NCBI GenBank assembly: GCA_947466585.1
Contig: CANIEU010000008.1
Location: 30,797-94,796 of the forward strand
Length of the DNA: 64,000 nucleotides
DNA from: Fibrobacterota bacterium
Lineage (GTDB): Bacteria > Fibrobacterota > Fibrobacteria > UBA11236
Direction: 5' to 3'
Shown: one piece after another, positions 59,740 through 64,000 of the stretch
How the letters are laid out: every line of letters starts with the position of its first letter
Position numbering within the stretch: the first letter of the stretch is position 1
The notes under the pieces: model-generated
Told to the model about the DNA's origin: nothing
The model's database searches: none
The model's input: only the letters and a program-made list of their open reading frames with translations
Position numbers and translations under genes: made by a program

Positions 59740-60378
59740 TTACGCCTTGGGCGAAGCTTCCTGGATCAGTTGATCCACGAGAGCACGGTTCTTGGTGTCG
59801 TCGAGGTTCTGACGAATCAGCTTCTCGGCGATGCCGATCGACAGTTCCGCCGTGGTCTTCCGCAGCTCGGCCACCGCGGCGCGGGTCTGCGCCTCGATCT
59901 CCTGCGATGCGGAAGCGATGATGCGCCGCTTTTCTTCTTGCGCGGTCTGCTCTAGGCTCTTCTTCAGCGCCTCGCCCGATTCGCGGGCGGTCTGAAGTAC
60001 CGCGTTCGCTTCGGCGCGCGCTTCGGCTATCAGACGGGATTGCTCCTGCGCCAGGCGGGCGTTCTCGGCCTGAATGCGCGCGGCCTGCTCCAGGCTTTCG
60101 CGCACAGTGGTCTCACGTGCGTCGAGCGCTTCGAGAATCGGCGCCCATGCGTACTTCTTCAGAATGAGAAGAAGCAACACGAACACGACGATGGCCCAAA
60201 TGCCCACGCCGGGATCGAAGCGCAACAGGGGAGAGCCCTCTTGCACTGCATGCTCGGTTCCATGCCCGACTTCTGCAGCGGAGGCAACGGTTGTTGCAAC
60301 GGAATCCGCAGCTCGTGCCGCGCCCGCGAGGACGGTCAAAGAAAGGGATGCGAACGTCCCGAACGAAAGTCGTTTCAT
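59740..60378 (-). CDS. atpF: F0F1 ATP synthase subunit b with N-terminal extension
   Basis: TM helix IWAIVVFVLLLLILKKYAWAPI followed by a long Ala/Glu/Arg coiled coil. ~45-aa signal-peptide-like N-terminal extension. ATG 60378. Confidence 0.85.
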   Translation of the reverse strand: MKRLSFGTFASLSLTVLAGAARAADSVATTVASAAEVGHGTEHAVQEGSPLLRFDPGVGIWAIVVFVLLLLILKKYAWAPILEALDARETTVRESLEQAARIQAENARLAQEQSRLIAEARAEANAVLQTARESGEALKKSLEQTAQEEKRRIIASASQEIEAQTRAAVAELRKTTAELSIGIAEKLIRQNLDDTKNRALVDQLIQEASPKA

Positions 60379-60443
60379 GCGAAAATCCTTTTTAACACGC
60401 GGCACCCGGAGGATACCGCGCTTTGAATCGCGTGAACCGCGGT

Positions 60444-60719
<276 letters not shown>

Positions 60720-61595
60720 TTAGTGCTCTTGATGCACGGCCTGCCCGATGAACAGGCCGGCCAGCAACGTGAAGATATAGGCCTGCAAAAAGGCCACCAG
60801 AATCTCGATGAGGTAGATGAACAGCGTGAAAGGCACCAACGGCAGGGCCGCGAGGTGGGACTTGAACACGATGATCAATCCGAGCAGCGAGAAAATAAGA
60901 GCGTGGCCCGCCGTCAAGTTGGCGAACAAACGCAGGGCGAGCGCCACGGCTTTGGTGAACAGGCCCACCACCTCGATGACGGCGATAAGCGGCAGCAACC
61001 AGAAGGGGAGGCCCTTGGGAACCAGATTCGCGAAGTAATGCACCGGGCCGTTGTGAATGATGCCCGACAGATTGAAGAGGATGAAGATCATCACGGCGAA
61101 GGTCGCGGTGAAGTTGATGTTCGAGGTCGCCGCGCCGAAGCCGGGAACCAGACCCACCAGGTTCAGGGTCAGAATGAAGAAGAACACCGTGAGGAAGAAC
61201 GGCATCCACTTGCGCCCGTGCTTCTCGCCGAGGTTCGGAGTCACCACTTCGTCGCGGATGAAGACCACGAGGGCCTCGATCGCATGGGCGAAGCGGCCGG
61301 CGGGCGCAAGCCCGCTTTTATCGTGTGCGGCCGTCTTGCGACGGGCGGCGGGCAGGATCAGGATCAACATCAACGCTCCGGCGAGCAACATCATCGCCGA
61401 GTGCAACGTGAGCGACACGTCGACACCGAGAACGTGCCAAGCGGGGAAGGTGATCCCCGGCAAACCCGGAATCGGGTGCCATACCTTGGAATTGACAATG
61501 TGATGGAGAACAAATTCGCCCAGGTCTTCGGAAGCGCGGGCGGTCCCCGCAGCCAGAAGGAGGAGAAGGGCGGGGAGGTAACGGAAGAGCTTCAT
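60720..61595 (-). CDS. atpB: F0F1 ATP synthase subunit a
   Basis: ALALRLFANLTAGH (essential Arg), LQAYIFTLLAGLFIGQA; position in operon. Confidence 0.92.
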   Translation of the reverse strand: MKLFRYLPALLLLLAAGTARASEDLGEFVLHHIVNSKVWHPIPGLPGITFPAWHVLGVDVSLTLHSAMMLLAGALMLILILPAARRKTAAHDKSGLAPAGRFAHAIEALVVFIRDEVVTPNLGEKHGRKWMPFFLTVFFFILTLNLVGLVPGFGAATSNINFTATFAVMIFILFNLSGIIHNGPVHYFANLVPKGLPFWLLPLIAVIEVVGLFTKAVALALRLFANLTAGHALIFSLLGLIIVFKSHLAALPLVPFTLFIYLIEILVAFLQAYIFTLLAGLFIGQAVHQEH

Positions 61596-62044
61596 TTGGC
61601 CAGCAGCCCCGGGTTGCGAACGATGTGCCGAATCTCGAAGGCCTGAAACACGACGTAGCCGGCCATGGCCGAGAACACGAAAGAATAGAGCGCCGGGCCG
61701 TGCGTCACGAGGCGGATGACGACCAGCATGACGATCGCCAAGAAGCTGAGGCGGGCGAACATCGAAAGCATAATGAGTTGGATCGGCTCGATGCCGAGAC
61801 GCAGCTTCAGGATTCCGACGGCGGCGAAGGCGTTCGCGGCCATCAGCAGAATTCCGGCTGCACTAAAACCCGCATGAAGCGACGGCCAAAACGTGGCCAG
61901 CAGCAAGGTGCCGGCACACAGGGCAAAGGCCGCAAGGCCAAGGGTTTTGGTAAAGGCGTTCAATGGTTTTTTTCCGGTGAGGAGCGGACCAAAATCCGCT
62001 TTCAGAACGGGCCGAAATAATAGCAAGACCCGCGCTGGATTCAA
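61592..62044 (-). CDS. atpI: ATP synthase protein I-like membrane protein
   Basis: Four hydrophobic helices directly upstream of and overlapping atpB. Start uncertain (track start is TTG 62044; alternative in-frame TTG further downstream). Confidence 0.6.
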   Translation of the reverse strand: MNPARVLLLFRPVLKADFGPLLTGKKPLNAFTKTLGLAAFALCAGTLLLATFWPSLHAGFSAAGILLMAANAFAAVGILKLRLGIEPIQLIMLSMFARLSFLAIVMLVVIRLVTHGPALYSFVFSAMAGYVVFQAFEIRHIVRNPGLLAK

Positions 62045-62176
62045 GTCAAAATGCGAATGAAAATCTAAAGAATGACAGCCAAAATCAGGGGCTTAACCGA
62101 GAATTCCTCATGATGAGCGGAAGAAGGTCGAGGTCTCGCCTGCAGGCCGTTCTCCGCTCGGGTTTCTCTGGTATTT

Positions 62177-62395
62177 TTACCCCTGCTTTTGGTCAAGATG
62201 CCGTACGATTCTGTAGACCGTCAGTGCCGAACCGGTGATTCCGACCAACGCGCCGCCCAGCGTGCCCCACGGTTGCAGGCCCCAGTGCTGGTCGATCCAT
62301 CGGCCCGCCAGCACGCCCCCGGTGATCCATCCGGCTAGCGAAACGCCCAGCGTCAATAAAATCCCGAGATCGGGGGGCAGCTTTGGAACGGGCAT
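62177..62395 (-). CDS. atpZ: AtpZ/AtpI-family small membrane protein (ATPase_gene1)
   Basis: 72 aa MPVPKLPPDLGILLTLGVSLAGWITGGVLAGRWIDQHWGLQPWGTLGGALVGITG, two helices, typical AtpZ. ATG 62395. Confidence 0.75.
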   Translation of the reverse strand: MPVPKLPPDLGILLTLGVSLAGWITGGVLAGRWIDQHWGLQPWGTLGGALVGITGSALTVYRIVRHLDQKQG

Positions 62396-62408
62396 CGAAG
62401 GGGGAGTC

Positions 62409-62750
62409 TCAGTCCCGCGAAGCATCCATCGAACAATTGCCCTGGAAGATGGCACCTTCCTGCACCACCAGCTCGCGGGCATGCAAATCGCCCTGCAACA
62501 CCGATTTCTCCTCCAGGACCAACTTCTCCTGCACGCGCACGTTGCCGTGAACGCGTCCCGCGAGCGCGGCAGAACGGCTGGCCACATCGCCCTCGATGCT
62601 GCCGGTGATGCTGAGCACCAAGGTGCCCCCCACCGAAACCGCGCCCTTGACCGCCCCTTCCACGCGCAAATCGTGCTCCACGGACATGTCTCCGTTGATG
62701 CGCGTTCCTTCGCCGATGAACGTCATGCTGGTGGCTGCGTGTTTGGACAT
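62409..62750 (-). CDS. bactofilin family cytoskeletal protein
   Basis: Repetitive beta-helix pattern IGEGTRINGDMSVEHDLRVEGAVKGAVSVGGTLVLSITGSIEGDV...GNVRVQEKLVLEEKSVLQGDL. Confidence 0.88.
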   Translation of the reverse strand: MSKHAATSMTFIGEGTRINGDMSVEHDLRVEGAVKGAVSVGGTLVLSITGSIEGDVASRSAALAGRVHGNVRVQEKLVLEEKSVLQGDLHARELVVQEGAIFQGNCSMDASRD

Positions 62751-62817
62751 GTGGTACCCCGGCTTCCCGTTCGACGTGTTGATTGGTTTCGACCGCTACC
62801 CAGAAAGGTTATGAGAC

Positions 62818-63630
62818 CTAATCCAGATAGGAGAGAGGGTCGACGGCCTTCCCCTTGAAGATAATTTCGAAGTGCAAGTGTGGACCCAAACTGCGCCCGG
62901 TATTCCCCACCACCCCGATCGGGTCGCCCTTGCCCACCTGGTCGCCCCGCTTCACCACGGCCCGCGCCAGATGACCGTACACGGTTTGGACCCCGTAATC
63001 GTGGTCGATCCGCACATATTGCCCCAAATCGTTGTCCCAGCCCTCTTCGATCACCAGTCCGCGCGCCGCACTCACTACCACGGCGTTGCCCTCGGCCATG
63101 ATGTCGATCCCGTCGTGGCGGATATCGGCCCCTCCGGTCGAGAATCGCTGGGTCACGATGCCCTTAACCGGCCAGATATTGGGCTTACGGTCCCGCGACA
63201 GGGAGGCATCGCGACTCTCGAGCCGGCGGTTGATGGTCTGAAGGTTTTCGAGCCAGGCCGAATCCTCCGCCCCCAAGGCCGTGGCACGGTCGTCTTCGGA
63301 GCCGCGCGGCGCAGGGGCCAAAAAGGCCTGTAAAATTCTGCGAATCGCCCTTTCCTTCTGAACCACGCCGGCGAGTTCGGTTTCCAACTGGGTCAGCTTC
63401 TGCTGCCGGTCGAGCAATTCCTGGTTGCGCAACGCCATATGGTTGGCCAGCAACATCTTCCCTTGGATCTGCGTCAACTTCACCGCGGCGAACCCGGCGG
63501 CGAACAGGGCGATCACGAAGGCGTAAAACAGGAATTCGAAAAAGGGCCGCCGCAGGCGGAAGGTCCACGCTTCGCCCGATCCTTCGGGCAGGATCTGGAT
63601 GGTGATGAAGCGTTTTTTACGAGGTGCCAC
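62818..63630 (-). CDS. M23 family metallopeptidase with N-terminal TM anchor and coiled coil
   Basis: HDGIDI, YGHLARAVVKRGDQVGKGDPIGVVGNTGRSLGPHLHFEI (HxH). GTG 63630. Confidence 0.88.
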   Translation of the reverse strand: MAPRKKRFITIQILPEGSGEAWTFRLRRPFFEFLFYAFVIALFAAGFAAVKLTQIQGKMLLANHMALRNQELLDRQQKLTQLETELAGVVQKERAIRRILQAFLAPAPRGSEDDRATALGAEDSAWLENLQTINRRLESRDASLSRDRKPNIWPVKGIVTQRFSTGGADIRHDGIDIMAEGNAVVVSAARGLVIEEGWDNDLGQYVRIDHDYGVQTVYGHLARAVVKRGDQVGKGDPIGVVGNTGRSLGPHLHFEIIFKGKAVDPLSYLD

Positions 63631-63674
63631 AGGAAGAAATTAGCTAAGACGCGCAGAGATGGTTAGGAAAGAGT

Positions 63675-63759
63675 GGACAGCTTATAGCGGACAGCTTTCC
63701 CTGTGGGCCCGACTTTGGGGTTTTGTTTTCGGCTGTTCGCTGTAAGCTGTCCGCTTCCG
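63675..63759. repeat. E6: inverted heptamer arrays (nnAYAGC / GCTGTnn) between parB and the M23 gene
   Basis: Left GGACAGC TTATAGC GGACAGC (63675-63695). Right GCTGTTC GCTGTAA GCTGTCC GCTTCCG (63732-63759). 20/24 complementarity between 63673-63696 and 63731-63754. Confidence 0.75.
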
Positions 63760-63785
63760 AAGCCCAGCCAGCAGGGAACCCCGTC

Positions 63786-64000
63786 CTACCCCTGACCCCG
63801 CCGCAGTGACTCCAGCAAATTATTCAGATCGTCACGATTTGAATAATGAAATTCCAGTGCGCCTTTTTTACCGGTGCCGCGCAAGGTCACCTTCATGCCG
63901 CTCAACAGGCGCAACTCGTCGAGAAAGGCGCGCGTATCTGCGTCGGGAGCGGAGGCGGACTTTGCAGCCGCGGCGCTGCCGTTCTTGGCATCCTTATCAT
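63786..64000 (-). CDS. parB: ParB/Spo0J partition protein, 3' fragment only
   Basis: Own translation of the minus strand: ...DKDAKNGSAAAAKSASAPDADTRAFLDELRLLSGMKVTLRGTGKKGALEFHYSNRDDLNNLLESLRRGQG*, typical ParB C-terminal dimerisation domain. Stop TAG = plus-strand CTA 63786-63788. Runs off the right edge. Confidence 0.7.
   Translation of the reverse strand, partial: DKDAKNGSAAAAKSASAPDADTRAFLDELRLLSGMKVTLRGTGKKGALEFHYSNRDDLNNLLESLRRGQG

Noticed and set aside
62001-62176. Sigma70-like TTGAAT-N16-TATTAT promoter (minus strand) overlapping the annotated atpI start, and the AT-rich 132-nt atpZ-atpI spacer
   Set aside because: This is only a hexamer-level match found by eye, and the promoter consensus of this lineage is unknown. 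It is noted as a reason for the uncertain atpI start but is too weak to call as a feature.

Overview
GC-rich (about 60-65% by eye, not computed) bacterial chromosomal window with about 75 protein-coding genes. I recognised no rRNA, tRNA, CRISPR array, transposase or integrase.

Gene content, left to right:
- Riboflavin operon ribD-ribE-ribBA-ribH-nusB.
- A ~10-kb envelope glycosylation locus: a DUF2723/TMEM260-like GT-C protein with a TPR tail, a GT4, a flippase-like protein, a GtrB/ArnC-like GT2, an RmlD-like reductase, a Ppm1-like polyprenol-P-mannose synthase and a GT2-TM-Rossmann fusion.
- accA-trm112-TPR-accB-accC, then dapA.
- CPXCG protein and rlmL-like methyltransferase; RRM RNA-binding protein; xylulokinase.
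- ArsR regulator with an olsB/olsA-like aminolipid pair; HAD hydrolase; arfB; ydcF; aroC; SIMPL protein.
- A visibly AT-richer islet carrying hicAB.
- Methyltransferase-gyrB-DUF721-recF; argC-argB.
- A secreted metallophosphoesterase with a T9SS-type tail; kefG-kefC.
- A Moco operon: moeA-moaA-moaC-mobA::moaD-moaE-tauE-GNAT.
- A decayed ABC substrate-binding gene; GH26; aldo/keto reductase.
- parB-M23-bactofilin-atpZ-atpI-atpBEFHAGDC.

The short 84-aa ATP synthase epsilon subunit and the T9SS/FlgD-Ig-type C-terminal domains hint at an FCB-superphylum-like lineage. This is inference only.

The most unusual signal is not a gene. Six intergenic loci share one architecture: two inverted arrays of tandem 7-8-nt units flanking a 30-90-nt spacer. 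The six loci use five unrelated unit sequences, and two homologous copies bracket the arfB-ydcF gene pair. I could not assign these to any repeat or RNA family I know.

Secondary points:
- A Gtr-like three-component glycosylation hypothesis for the DUF2723 locus.
- A RibBA whose GTP cyclohydrolase II domain has lost all three Zn-ligand cysteines.
- A mobA::moaD fusion.
- A substrate-binding-protein gene broken by two in-frame stops.
- A hicAB islet with a Zn-ribbon/AP2-like protein.
- A perfect 20-bp palindrome in front of gyrB.
- Helically phased repeats upstream of accA.

Many long ORFs in the supplied track are GC-driven shadow ORFs antisense to real genes, and I did not call them.
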